Shown: positions 29,401 through 44,379 of the stretch, piece after piece
Layout: the number at the start of each line of letters is the position of its first letter
Numbering within the stretch: the stretch's first letter is position 1
Source: the human T2T-CHM13v2.0 reference genome, Homo sapiens
DNA: 64,000 bases
NCBI RefSeq assembly: GCF_009914755.1
Contig: NC_060948.1
Strand: one strand, 5' to 3'
Position numbers and translations under genes: made by a program
Notes under the pieces: generated by a model
What the model was told of the DNA's origin: nothing
Databases searched by the model: none
The model's input: the letters and a program-made list of their open reading frames with translations, nothing else

Positions 29401-32400
29401 AATAGAATGGACAGGAATGCTCAAATTGAATGGACTCGAATGGAATGGAAACGAAAGGAATGTCATCGAATGGAATTGAATCGATTGGAATGAAATCGCA
29501 TAGAATGGAGTGGAATCAAATGGAATTGAATCGAAAGGAAAGGAAGCGAATGGACTGAAATGAAATGGAATGGAATTGAATGGAAAGTAATGCAATGGAA
29601 TAGAATGGAACGAAATTTCACGGAATGGAATCAAACTGAATGGAATCAAATCAATGGAATCAAATCAAATGGAATGGAAAGGAATTGAATGGAGTAGATT
29701 GGATTGGATGGGATTGGAATGAAATGTACTGGAAAGGACTCGAATTTCATGAAACGGAATGGAATGAATTGGAACGGAATGGACTCGAATGGAATGGAAT
29801 GTCATGGAATGGCATCAAATGGAATGGCATCAAATGGAATGGAATCGAATGCAATGGAATGCTATGGAATGGAATGGAATGCATTGGAATGGAATGTCCT
29901 CTAATGGAATGGATTCGAGTGGAATGGAATCGAATATAATGGAGTCGAATGAAATGGAATTGAAAGGAATGGGATCGAATACAATGGAATATACTGGAAT
30001 GTAATGTAATGAACTCGAATGTAATTGACTGGAATGGAATGTACATGAATGGAATGTAATCGAATGGAAAGTAATCCAATGGAATAGAATCTAATGCAAT
30101 AAAATCGACTCAGATAGAGTAGAATGTAATGGAATGGAGTGCAGTGCAATGGAATGGAATGGAATGGAATGCAATTGAATGGAATGGAATGGAATGGAAT
30201 GCAATGGAATGGGATGCAATGGTATGGAATGGATAGTAATGGACTGGAGTGAAATGGACTGGAAAGGAATGGACTCAAATTCAAAGGGCTCGAAAGGAAT
30301 GGAGTCAAATGGAATGGTCTGGAATGGAATGAACACGAATGTAATGCAATCCAATAGAATGGAATCGAATGGCATGGAATATAAAGAAATGGAATCGAAG
30401 AGAATGGAAACAAATGGAATGGAATTGAATGGAATGGAATTGAATGGAATGGGAACGAATGGAGTGAAATTGTATGCAGTAGAAGGGAATAGAATGGAAT
30501 GCAAGCGAAAGGAAAGGAATGGATTGGAATGGAATGGAATTCATTGGAATGGAAAGGAATGTAGTGTAATGGACATGCCTGGAATAAAATGGAATGCTAC
30601 GGTCTCGAATGGAATAAAAATGTATGGAATGGAATGCAATGAAACGGAATCGAATGTCATAGAATGTAATGGAATGCAACAAAATGGACTCCAAAATCAT
30701 TGACTGGAAAGGCTGGGTGTCGAAAGGAATTGACTCCAATGGAATGGAATCGAACGGAATGGAAGTGAATAGAATCGAACTAAATCGAATGGAATGGAAT
30801 TGATAGGAACGGAATGGAAAGGAATGCAATGATTTGGCATGGAATGGAATCGAATGGCATCGAATGGAATGGAATGGAATGCAATGGAATGGAATGTATT
30901 AGAATGTAATGAACTTTAATGGAATGTACTCGAATGGATTCGACTGGAATGGAATGTTGTGGAAGTGAATGGACTCCAATGGAATGGATTCCAAAGGAAT
31001 GGAATCGTACGGAATGGAATCTAATGGAATGGAATTAAATGGAAATGAATCAAATTGAATAGCACGGAATTGAATTGAATGGAATGGAATGCAATGGAAT
31101 CTAATGAAACGGAAAGGAAAGGAATGGAATGGAATGGAATGGGCTGGAATGGAAAGGAATCGAAACGAATGGAATGGAATCGAACTGAAGAGACTGGAAT
31201 GGAATGCACTGGAATGGAAGGGAGTGTAATGGAAGGTTCTCGAAAAAAATGGAATTGAATGGAATGGAATTCAATGGAACGGAATAGAGTCGAATGGAAT
31301 TGAATGGAATGGAATGGACTAGAGTGAAATGGAATCGAACCACAAGGAATGGACAGGAATAGAATGGTCTCGATTTGAATGGGATCGTATGGAATGGCAT
31401 CAAACGGAATGGAATGGACAGCCACGGAATGGAATGCACTCGAATGCAATGGAGTCGAAACTAATGGACTGGAATAGAATGGACTCGACTGGTACGGACT
31501 CCAATGGAATGGAATCGAATGGAAGGGAATCGAACGGAATGGACTCGAAGGGAAAAGACTGCAATGGAAAGGTCTCGAATGGAATGGAAATTAATGGAAT
31601 GGAATGGAATCGAATGAAATGGAGTCAAAAGGAATGGAATCGAATGGCAAGAAATCGAATGTAATAGAATCGCAAGGAATTGATGTGAACGGAACGGAAT
31701 GGAATGGAATCCAAAGGAATGGAATAGAATGGAATGGAATCGAATGGAAAGGACTCGAATGGAAATCACTCGAATAGAATGCAATTTAATAAAATAGGAT
31801 CAAATGTAATGGAATGGAATGGAAAGGAATCGAAACGGAAGGAATGGAGACAGATGGAATGGAATGGAACAGAGAGCAATGGTATAGAATGGAATGGAAT
31901 CATCTGGAATGGAATTGAATGGAATGGAATAATATGAAATGGAATGGAATGGAATGGAATGGAATGCCCTTGAATTAAATGGACTGGACTCGAACAGAGT
32001 GGAATGGAAAGTGTTGAGATAGAATGGAATGGACTCCTTTGGAATGGTGTAGTATGCAATGCAATCGACTGGCATGGAATCAAAAGGAATGTAATGGAAT
32101 GGATTGGACTGGAATGCAATGGACTCGAATAGATTGGAAACGGAATGCAAAGGAATGGAATGGAATAGTATGGAATTTAATGGAAAGGAATGGAGTGGAA
32201 TAGACTAGAGTGGAATGGAATGGACTGGAAAGCAATGGACTGGAATGGAACTTTCTTGAATGGACTGGAATCAAACGGAATGGAATGCAATGCAATCAAA
32301 TGGCATGGAATAAAATAGAATGAAAGAGAATCAAATGGAATTGAATCGAATGGAATCGAATGGATTGGAAAGGAATAGAATGGAATGGAATGGAATTGAC

Positions 32401-33410
32401 TCAAATGGAATGGACTAGAATGGAATGGATTCGAATGGAAGGCAAAGGAATGGAATCTATTGGAATGGACTGAAATGGAATGGAATGGAAGGGATTGGAA
32501 TGGACTCGAATGGAATGGACTGCAATAGAAAGGATTCGAATGGAATGAAAAAGAATTGAATGGAATAGAACAGAATGGAATCAAATCGAATGAAATGGAA
32601 TGGAATAGAAAGGAATGGAATGAAATGGAATGGAAAGGATTCGAATGGAATGCAATCGAATGGAATGGAATCGAACGGAATGGAATAAAATGTAAGAAAA
32701 CAGGCAAGAAATGGAATCGAAAGGAATGGAGTGTTATGGAACGGACTCAAAAGGAATTGAATGTAATAGAATGGAGTGGAGTGGACTCGAATATAATGGA
32801 CTGGAATGGAATGAAATCACATGGAATGGGAACGAATGGAATGGAATGGAAAGGAATGCATTCGAATGGAAAGGAATCGAATGGAAGGGAATGAAATTGA
32901 ATCAACAGGAATGGAAGGGAATAGAATAGACGGTAATGGAATGGACTCGAATAGAATGGACACGAATGCTCAAATTGAATGGACTCGAATGGAATGGAAA
33001 CGAAAGGAATGTCATCGAATGGAATTGAATCGATTGGAATGAAATCGCATAGAATGGAGTGGAATCAAATGGAATTGAATCGAAAGGAAAGGAAGCGAAT
33101 GGACTGAAATGAAATGGAATGGAATTGAATGGAAAGTAATGCAATGGAATAGAATGGAACGAAATTTCACGGAATGGAATCAAACTGAATGGAATCAAAT
33201 CAATGGAATCCAATCAAATGGAATGGAAAGGAATTGAATGGAGTAGATTGGATTGGATGGGATTGGAATGAAATGTACTGGAAAGGACTCGAATTTCATG
33301 AAACGGAATGGAATGAATTGGAACGGAATGGACTCGAATGGAATGGAATGTCATGGAATGGCATCAAATGGAATGGCATCAAATGGAATGGAATCGAATG
33401 CAATGGAATG
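23475..33410 (+). repeat. Copy 2 of the 5-unit-spaced duplicated segment
   Basis: Carries GTTCCGGAATGG, GGACCCTTTTGG, GGTAAACAAT, GACACTAATGC, ATGCGCTCGA, the 10-bp deletion TTAAATGGACTGGACTCG and AAATGTAAGAAAACAGG, as in copy 1. Confidence 0.85.
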
Positions 33411-33699
33411 TTATGGAATGGAATGGAATGCATTGGAATGGAATGTCCTCTAATGGAATGGATTCGAGTGGAATGGAATCGAATATAATGGAGTCGAATG
33501 AAATGGAATTGAAAGGAATGGGATCGAATACAATGGAATATACTGGAATGTAATGTAATGAACTCGAATGTAATTGACTGGAATGGAATGTACATGAATG
33601 GAAGGTAATCGAATGGAAAGTAATCCAATGGAATAGAATCTAATGCAATAAAATCGACTCAGATAGAGTAGAATGTAATGGAATGGAGTGCAGTGCAAT

Positions 33700-36600
33700 G
33701 GAATGGAATGGAATGGAATGCAATTGAATGGAATGGAATGGAATGGAATGGAATGGAATGGAATGGAATGGGATGGAATGGTATGGAATGGATAGTAATG
33801 GACTGGAGTGAAATGGACTGGAAAGGAATGGACTCAAATTGAAAGGGCTCGAAAGGAATGGAGTCAAATGGAATGGTCTGGAATGGAATGAACACGAATG
33901 TAATGCAATCCAATAGAATGGAATCGAATGGCATGGAATATAAAGAAATGGAATCGGAGAGAATGGAAACAAATGGAATGGAATTGAATGGAATGGAATT
34001 GAATGGAATGGGAACGAATGGAGTGAAATTGTATGCAGTAGAAGGGAATAGAATGGAATGCAAGCGAAAGGAAAGGAATGGATTGGAATGGAATGGAATT
34101 CATTGGAATGGAAGGGAATGTAGTGTAATGGACAGGCCTGGAATAAAGTGGAATGCTACGGTCTCGAATGGAATAAAAATGTATGGAATGGAATGCAATG
34201 AAATGGAATCGAATGTCATAGAATGTAATGGAATGCAACAAAATGGAATCCAAAATCATTGACTGGAAAGGCTGGGTGTCGAAAGGAATTGACTCCAATG
34301 GAATGGAATCGAATGGAATGGAAGTGAATAGAATCGAACTAAATCGAATGGAATGGAATTGATAGGAACGGAATGGAAAGGAATGCAATGATTTGGCATG
34401 GAATGGAATCGAATGGCATCGAATGGAATGGAATGGAATGCAATGGAATGGAATGTATTAGAATGTAATGAACTTTAATGGAATGTACTCCAATGGATTC
34501 GACTGGAATGGAATGTTCTGGAAGTGAATGGACTCCAATGGAATGGATTCCAAAGGAATGGAATCGTACGGAATGGAATCTAATGGAATGGAATTAAATG
34601 GAAATGAATCAAATTGAATAGCACGGAATTGAATTGAATGGAATGGAATGCAATGGAATCTAATGAAACGGAAAGGAAAGGAATGGAATGGAATGGAATG
34701 GGCTGGAATGGAAAGGAATCGAAACGAATGGAATGGAATCGAACTGAAGAGACTGGAATGGAATGCACTGGAATGGAAGGGAGTGTAATGGAAGGTTCTC
34801 GAAAAAAATGCAATCGAATGGAATGGAATTGAATGGAACGGAATAGAGTCGAATGGAATTGAATGGAATGGAATGGACTAGAGTGATATGGAATCGAACC
34901 ACAAGGAATGGAGAGGAATAGAATGGTCTCGAATTGAATGGAATCGTATGGAGTGGCATCAAACGGAATGGAATGGACAGCCACGGAATGGAATGCACTC
35001 GAATGCAATGGAGTCGAAACTAATGGACTGGAATAGAATGGACTCGACTGGTACGGACTCCAATGGAATGGGATGGAATGGAAGGGAATCGAACGGAATG
35101 GACTCGAAGGGAAAAGACTGCAATGGAAAGGTCTCGAATGGAATGGAAATAAATGGAATGGAATGGAATCGAATGAAATGGAGTCAAAAGGAATGGAATC
35201 GAATGGCAACAAATCGAATGTAATGGAATCGCAAGGAATTGATGTGAAAGGAACGGAATGGAATGGAATCCAAAGGAATGGAATAGAATGGAATGGAATC
35301 GAATGGAAAGGACTCGAATGGAAATCACTCGAATAGAATGCAATTTAATAAAATAGGATCAAATGTAATGGAATGGAATGGAAAGGAATCGAAACGAAAG
35401 GAATGGAGACAGATGGAATGGAATGGAACAGAGAGCAATGGTATAGAATGGAATGGAATCATCTGGAATGGAATTGAATGGAATGGAATAATATGAAATG
35501 GAATGGAATGGAATGGAATGGAATGCCCTTGAATTAAATGGACTGGAATGGAATGGACTCGAACAGAGTGGAATGGAAAGTGTTGAGATAGAATGGAATG
35601 GACTCCTTTGGAATGGTGTAGTATGCAATGCAATCGACTGGCAGGGAATCAAAAGGAATGTAATGGAATGGACTGGACTGGAATGCAATGGACTCGAATA
35701 GATTGGAAACGGAATGCAAAGAAATGGAATGGAATAGTATGGAATGGAATGGAAAGGAATGGAGTGGAATAGACTAGAGTGGAATGGAATGGACTGGAAA
35801 ACAATGGACTGGAATGGAACTTTCTTGAATGGACTGGAATCAAACGGAATGGAATGCAATGCAATCAAATGGCATGGAATAAAATAGAATGAAAGAGAAT
35901 CAAATGGAATTGAATCGAATGGAATCGAATGGATTGGAAAGGAATAGAATGGAATGGAATGGAATTGACTCAAATGGAATGGACTAGAATGGAATGGATT
36001 CGAATGGAAGGCAAAGGAATGGAATCTATTGGAATGGACTGTAATGGAATGGAATGGAAGGGATTGGAATGGACTCGAATGGAATGGACTGCAATAGAAA
36101 GGATTCGAATGGAATGAAAAAGAATTGAATGGAATAGAACAGAATGGAATCAAATCGAATGAAATGGAATGGAATAGAAAGGAATGGAATGAAATGGAAT
36201 GGAAAGGATTCGAATGGAATGCAATCGAATGGAATGGAATCGAACGGAATGGAATAAAATGGAAGAAAACTGGCAAGAAATGGAATCGAAATGAATGGAG
36301 TGTTATGGAACGGACTCAAAAGGAATTGAATGTAATAGAATGGAGTGGAGTGGACTCGAATATAATGGACTGGAATGGAATGAAATCACATGGAATGGGA
36401 ACGAATGGAATGGAATGTAAAGGAATGGAATCGAATGGAAAGGAATCGAATGGAAGGGAATGAAATTGAATCAACAGGAATGGAAGGGAATAGAATAGAC
36501 GGTAATGGAATGGACTCGAATAGAATGGACACGAATGCTCAAATTGAATGGACTCGAATGGAATGGAAACGAAAGGAATGTCATCGAATGGAATTGAATC

Positions 36601-39600
36601 GATTGGAATGAAATCACATAGAATGGAGTGGAATCAAATGGAATTGAATCGAAAGGAAAGGAAGCGAATGGACTGAAATGAAATGGAATGGAATTGAATG
36701 GAAAGTAATGCAATGGAATAGAATGGAACGAAATTTCACGGAATGGAATCAAACTGAATGGAATCAAATCAATGGAATCAAATAAAATGGAATGGAAAGG
36801 AATTGAATGGAGTAGATTGGATTGGATGGGATTGGAATGAAATGTACTGGAAAGGACTCGAATTTCATGAAACGGAATGGAATGAATTGGAACGGAATGG
36901 ACTCGAATGGAATGGAATGTCATGGAATGGCATCAAATGGAATGGCATCAAATGGAATGGAATCGAATGCAATGGAATGCTATGGAATGGAATGGAATGC
37001 ATTGGAATGGAATGTCCTCTAATGGAATGGATTCGAGTGGAATGGAATCGAATATAATGGAGTCGAATGAAATGGAATTGAAAGGAATGGGATCGAATAC
37101 AATGGAATATACTGGAATGTAATGTAATGAACTCGAATGTAATTGACTGGAATGGAATGTACATGAATGGAATGTAATCGAATGGAAAGTAATCCAATGG
37201 AATAGAATCTAATGCAATAAAACCGACTCAGATAGAGTAGAATGTAATGGAATGGAGTGCAGTGCAATGGAAGGGAATGGAATTGAATGAAATGGAATGG
37301 AATGGAATGGAATGGAATGGAATGGAATGGGATGGAATGGTATGGAATGGATAGTAATGGACTGGAGTGAAATGGACTGGAAAGGAATGGACTCAAATTG
37401 AAAGGGCTCGAAAGGAATGGAGTCAAATGGAATGGTCTGGAATGGAATGAACACGAATGTAATGCAATCCAATAGAATGGAATCGAATGGCATGGAATAT
37501 AAAGAAATGGAATCGAAGAGAATGGAAACAAATGGAATGGAATTGAATGGAATGGAATTGAATGGAATGGGAACGAATGGAGTGAAATTGTATGCAGTAG
37601 AAGGGAATAGAATGGAATGCAAGCGAAAGGAAAGGAATGGATTGGAATGGAATGGAATTCATTGGAATGGAAGGGAATGTAGTGTAATGGACAGGCCTGG
37701 AATAAAGTGGAATGCTACGGTCTCGAATGGAATAAAAATGTATGGAATGGAATGCAATGAAACGGAATCGAATGTCATAGAATGTAATGGAATGCAAAAA
37801 AATGGAATCCAAAATCATTGACTGGAAAGGCTGGGTGTCGAAAGGAATTGACTCCAATGGAATGGAATCGAATGGAATGGAAGTGAATAGAATCGAACTA
37901 AATCGAATGGAATGGAATTGATAGGAACGGAATGGAAAGGAATGCAATGATTTGGCATGGAATGGAATCGAATGGCATCGAATGGAATGGAATGGAATGC
38001 AATGGAATGGAATGTATTAGAATGTAATGAACTTTAATGGAATGTACTCGAATGGATTCGACTGGAATGGAATGTTCTGGAAGTGAATGGACTCCAATGG
38101 AATGGATTCAAAAGGAATGGAATCGTACGGAATGGAATCTAATGGAATGGAATTAAATGGAAATGAATCAAATTGAATAGCACGGAATTGAATTGAATGG
38201 AATGGAATGCAATGGAATCTAATGAAACGGAAAGGAAAGGAATGGAATGGAATGGAATGGACTGGAATGGAAAGGAATCGAAACGAATGGAATGGAATCG
38301 AACTGAAGAGACTGGAATGGAATGCACTGGAATGGAAGGGAGTGTAATGGAAGGTTCTCGAAAAAAATGGAATCGAATGGAATGGAATTGAATGGAACGG
38401 AATAGAGTCGAATGGAATTGAATGGAATGGAATGGACTAGAGTGAAATGGAATCGAACCACAAGGAATGGACATGAATAGAATGGTCTCGAATTGAATGG
38501 AATCGTATGGAATGGCATCAAACGGAATGGAATGGACAGCCACGGAATGGAATGCACTCGAATGCAATGGAGTCGAAACTAATGGACTGGAATAGAATGG
38601 ACTCGACTGGTACGGACTCCAATGGAATGGAATCGAATGGAAGGGAATCGAACGGAATGGACTCGAAGGGAAAAGACTGCAATGGAAAGGTCTCGAATGG
38701 AATGGAAATTAATGGAATGGAATGGAATCGAATGAAATGGAGTCAAAAGGAATGGAATCGAATGGCAAGAAATCGAATGTAATGGAATCACAAGGAATTG
38801 ATGTGAACGGAACGGAATGGAATGGAATCCAAAGGAATGGAATAGAATGGAATGGAATCGAATGGAAAGGACTCGAATGGAAATCACTCGAATAGAATGC
38901 AATTTAATAAAATAGGATCAAATGTAATGGAATGGAATGAAAAGGAATCGAAACGAAAGGAATGGAGACAGATGGAATGGAATGGAACAGAGAGCAATGG
39001 TATAGAATGGAATGGAATCATCTGGAATGGAATTGAATGGAATGGAATAATATGAAATGGAATGGAATGGAATGGAATGGAATGCCCTTGAATTAAATGG
39101 ACTGGAATGGAATGGACTCGAACAGAGTGGAATGGAAAGTGTTGAGATAGAATGGAATGGACTCCTTTGGAATGGTGTAGTATGCAATGCAATCGACTGG
39201 CAGGGAATCAAAAGGAATGTAATCGAATGGATTGGACTGGAATGCAATGGACTCGAATAGATTGGAAACGGAATGCAAAGGAATGGAATGGAATAGTATG
39301 GAATGGAATGGAAAGGAATGGAGTGGAATAGACTAGAGTGGAATGGAATGGACTGGAAAGCAATGGACTGGAATGGAACTTTCTTGAATGGACTAGAATC
39401 AAACGGAATGGAATGCAATGCAATCAAATGGCATGGAATAAAATAGAATGAAAGAGAATCAAATGGAATTGAATCGAATGGAATCGAATGGATTGGAAAG
39501 GAATAGAATGGAATGGAATGGAATTGACTCAAATGGAATGGACTAGAATGGAATGGATTCGAATGGAAGGCAAAGGAATGGAATCTATTGGAATGGACTG

Positions 39601-40330
39601 TAATGGAATGGAATGGAAGGGATTGGAATGGACTCGAATGGAATGGACTGCAATAGAAAGGATTCGAATGGAATGAAAAAGAATTGAATGGAATAGAACA
39701 GAATGGAATCAAATCGAATGAAATGGAATGGAATAGAAAGGAATGGAATGAAATGGAATGGAAAGGATTCGAATGGAATGCAATCGAATGGAATGGAATC
39801 GAACGGAATGGAATAAAATGGAAGAAAACTGGCAAGAAATGGAATCGAAATGAATGGAGAGTTATGGAACGGACTCAAAAGGAATTGAATGTAATAGAAT
39901 GGAGTGGAGTGGACTCGAATATAATGGACTGGAATGGAATGAAATCACATGGAATGGGAACGAATGGAATGGAATGGAAAGGAATGGAATCGAATGGAAA
40001 GGAATCGAATGGAAGGGAATGAAATTGAATCAACAGGAATGGAAGGGAATAGAATAGACGGTAATGGAATGGACTCGAATAGAATGGACACGAATGCTCA
40101 AATTGAATGGACTCGAATGGAATGGAAACGAAAGAATGTCATCGAATGGAATTGAATCGATTGGAATGAAATCGCACAGAATGGAGTGGAATCAAATGGA
40201 ATTGAATCGAAAGGAAAGGAAGCGAATGGACTGAAATGAAATGGAATGGAATTGAATGGAAAGTAATGCAATGGAATAGAATGGAACGAAATTTCACGGA
40301 ATGGAATCAAACTGAATGGAATCAAATCAA
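33700..40330 (+). repeat. Copy 1 of a ~6.6 kb segment duplicated at 3-unit spacing (+10,679/+10,694 bp)
   Basis: Private variants are shared with 44380-51020. ORF offsets: 33858/44537, 35359/46038, 38918/49612, 39949/50643. Confidence 0.85.
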
Positions 40331-43300
40331 TGGAATCAAATCAAATGGAATGGAAAGGAATTGAATGGAGTAGATTGGATTGGATGGGATTGGAATGAAA
40401 TGTACTGGAAAGGACTCGAATTTCATGAAACGGAATGGAATGAATTGGAACGGAATGGACTCGAATGGAATGGAATGTCATGGAATGGCATCAAATGGAA
40501 TGGTATCAAATGGAATGGAATCGAATGCAATGGAATGCTATGGAATGGAATGGAATGCATTGGAATGGAATGTCCTCTAATGGAATGGATTCGAGTGGAA
40601 TGGAATCGAATATAATGGAGTCGAATGAAATGGAATTGAAAGGAATGGGATCGAATACAATGGAATATACTGGAATGTAATGTAATGAACTCGAATGTAA
40701 TTGACTGGAATGGAATGTACATGAATGGAATGTAATCGAATGGAAAGTAATCCAATGGAATAGAATCTAATGCAATAAAATCGACTCAGATAGAGTAGAA
40801 TGTAATGGAATGGAGTGCAGTGCAATGGAATGGAATGGAATGGAATGCAATGGAATGGAATGGAATGGAATGGAATGGAATGGGATGGGATGGAATGGTA
40901 TGGAATGGATAGTAATGGACTGGAGTGAAATGGACTGGAAAGGAATGGACTCAAATTGAAAGGGCTCGAAAGGAATGGAGTCAAATGGAATGGTCTGGAA
41001 TGGAATGAACACGAATGTAATGCAATCCAATAGAATGGAATCGAATGGCATGGAATATAAAGAAATGGAATCGGAGAGAACGGAAACAAATGGAATGGAA
41101 TTGAATGGAATGGAATTGAATGGAATGGGAACGAATGGAGTGAAATTGTATGCAGTAGAAGGGAATAGAATGGAATGCAAGCGAAAGGAAAGGAATGGAT
41201 TGGAATGGAATGGAATTCATTGGAATGGAAGGGAATGTAGTGTAATGGACAGGCCTGGAATAAAGTGGAATGCTACGGTCTCGAATGGAATAAAAATGTA
41301 TGGAATGGAATGCAATGAAATGGAATCGAATGTCATAGAATGTAATGGAATGCAAAAAATGGAATCCAAAATCATTGACTGGAAAGGCTGGGTGTCGAAA
41401 GGAATTGACTCCAATGGAATGGAATCGAATGGAATGGAAGTGAATAGAATCGAACTAAATCGAATGGAATGGAATTGATAGGAACGGAATGGAAAGGAAT
41501 GCAATGATTTGGCATGGAATGGAATCGAATGGCATCGAATGGAATGGAATGGAATGCAATGGAATGGAATGTATTAGAATGTAATGAACTTTAATGGAAT
41601 GTACTCGAATGGATTCGACTGGAATGGAATGTTCTGGAAGTGAATGGACTCCAATGGAATGGATTCCAAAGGAATGGAATCGTACGGAATGGAATCTAAT
41701 GGAATGGAATTAAATGGAAATGAATCAAATTGAATAGCACGGAATTGAATTGAATGGAATGGAATGCAATGGAATCTAATGAAACGGAAAGGAAAGGAAT
41801 GGAATGGAATGGAATGGGCTGGAATGGAAAGGAATCGAAACGAATGGAATGGAATCGAACTGAAGAGACTGGAATGGAATGCACTGGAATGGAAGGGAGT
41901 GTAATGGAAGGTTCTCGAAAAAAATGGAATCGAATGGAATGGAATTGAATGGAACGGAATAGAGTCGAATGGAATTGAATGGAATGGAATGGACTAGAGT
42001 GAAATGGAATCGAACCACAAGGAATGGACAGGAATAGAATGGTCTCGAATTGAATGGAATCGTATGGAATGGCATCAAACGGAATGGAATGGACAGCCAC
42101 GGAATGGAATGCACTCGAATGCAATGGAGTCGAAACTAATGGACTGGAATAGAATGGACTCGACTGGTACGGACTCCAATGGAATGGAATCGAATGGAAG
42201 GGAATCGAACGGAATGGACTCGAAGGGAAAAGACTGCAATGGAAAGGTCTCGAATGGAATGGAAATTAATGGAATGGAATGGAATCGAATGAAATGGAGT
42301 CAAAAGGAATGGAATCGAATGGCAACAAATCGAATGTAATGGAATCGCAAGGAATTGATGTGAACGGAACGGAATGGAATGGAATCCAAAGGAATGGAAT
42401 AGAATGGAATGGAATCGAATGGAAAGGACTCGAATGGAAATCACTCGAATAGAATGCAATTTAATAAAATAGGATCAAATGTAATGGAATAGAATGGAAA
42501 GGAATCGAAACGAAAGGAATGGAGACAGATGGAATGGAATAGAACAGAGAGCAATGGTATAGAATGGAATGGAATCATCTGGAATGGAATTGAATGGAAT
42601 GGAATAATATGAAATGGAATGGAATAGAATGGAATGGAATGTCCTTGAATTAAATGGACTGGAATGGAATGGACTCGAACAGAGTGGAATGGAAAGTGTT
42701 GAGATAGAATGGAATGGACTCCTTTGGAATGGTGTAGTATGCAATGCAATCGACTGGCAGGGAATCAAAAGGAATGTAATCGAATGGATTGGACTGGAAT
42801 GCAATGGACTCGAATAGATTGCAAACGGAATGCAAAGGAATGGAATGGAATAGTATGGAATGGAATGGAAAGGAATGGAGTGGAATAGACTAGAGTGGAA
42901 TGGAATGGACTGGAAAGCAATGGACTGGAATGGAACTTTCTTGAATGGACTGGAATCAAACGGAATGGAATGCAATGCAATCAAATGGCATGGAATAAAA
43001 TAGAATGAAAAAGAATCAAATGGAATTGAATCGAATGGAATCGAATGGATTGGAAAGGAATAGAATGGAATGGAATGGAATGGACTCAAATGGAATGGAC
43101 TAGAATGGAATGGATTCGAATAGAAGGCAAAGAATGGAATCTATTGGAATGGACTGTAATGGAATGGAATGGAAGGGATTGGAATGGACTCGAATGGAAT
43201 GGACTGCAATAGAAAGGATTCGAATGGAATGAAAAAGAATTGAATGGAATAGAACAGAATGGAATCAAATCGAATGAAATGGAATGGAATAGAAAGGAAT

Positions 43301-44379
43301 GGAATGAAATGGAATGGAAAGGATTCGAATGGAATGCAATCGAATGGAATGGAATCGAACGGAATGGAATAAAATGGAAGAAAACTGGCAAGAAATGGAG
43401 TCGAAATGAATGGAGTGTTATGGAACGGACTCAAAAGGAATTGAATGTAATAGAATGGAGTGGAGTGGACTCGAATATAATGGACTGGAATGGAATGAAA
43501 TCACATGGAATGGGAACGAATGGAATGGAATGGAAAGGAATGGAATCGAATGGAAAGGAATCGAATGGAAGGGAATGAAATTGAATCAACAGGAATGGAA
43601 GGGAATAGAATAGACGGTAATGGAATGGACTCGAATAGAATGGACACGAATGCTCAAATTGAATGGACTCGAATGGAATGGAAACGAAAGGAATGTCATC
43701 GAATGGAATTGAATCGATTGGAATGAAATCGCACAGAATGGAGTGGAATCAAATGGAATTGAATCGAAAGGAAAGGAAGCGAATGGACTGAAATGAAATG
43801 GAATGGAATTGAATGGAAAGTAATGCAATGGAATAGAATGGAACGAAATTTCACGGAATGGAATCAAACTGAATGGAATCAAATCAATGGAATCAAATCA
43901 AATGGAATGGAAAGGAATTGAATGGAGTAGATTGGATTGGATGGGATTGGAATGAAATGTACTGAAAAGGACTCGAATTTCATGAAACGGAATGGAATGA
44001 ATTGGAACGGAATGGACTCGAATGGAATGGAATGTCATGGAATGGCATCAAATGGAATGGCATCAAATGGAATGGAATCGAATGCAATGGAATGCTATGG
44101 AATGGAATGGAATGCATTGGAATGGAATGTCCTCTAATGGAATGGATTCGAGTGGAATGGAATCGAATATAATGGAGTCGAATGAAATGGAATTGAAAGG
44201 AATGGGATCGAATACAATGGAATATACTGGAATGTAATGTAATGAACTCGAATGTAATTGACTGGAATGGAATGTACATGAATGGAATGTAATCGAATGG
44301 AAAGTAATCCAATGGAATAGAATCTAATGCAATAAAATCGACTCAGATAGAGTAGAATGTAATGGAATGGAGTGCAGTG

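Noticed and set aside
43120-43140. Private 1-bp deletions (~2010, ~23474, ~43131) as meaningful frameshifts
   Set aside because: There is no gene to shift. Singleton indels may be real point events or consensus errors and cannot be told apart without reads.
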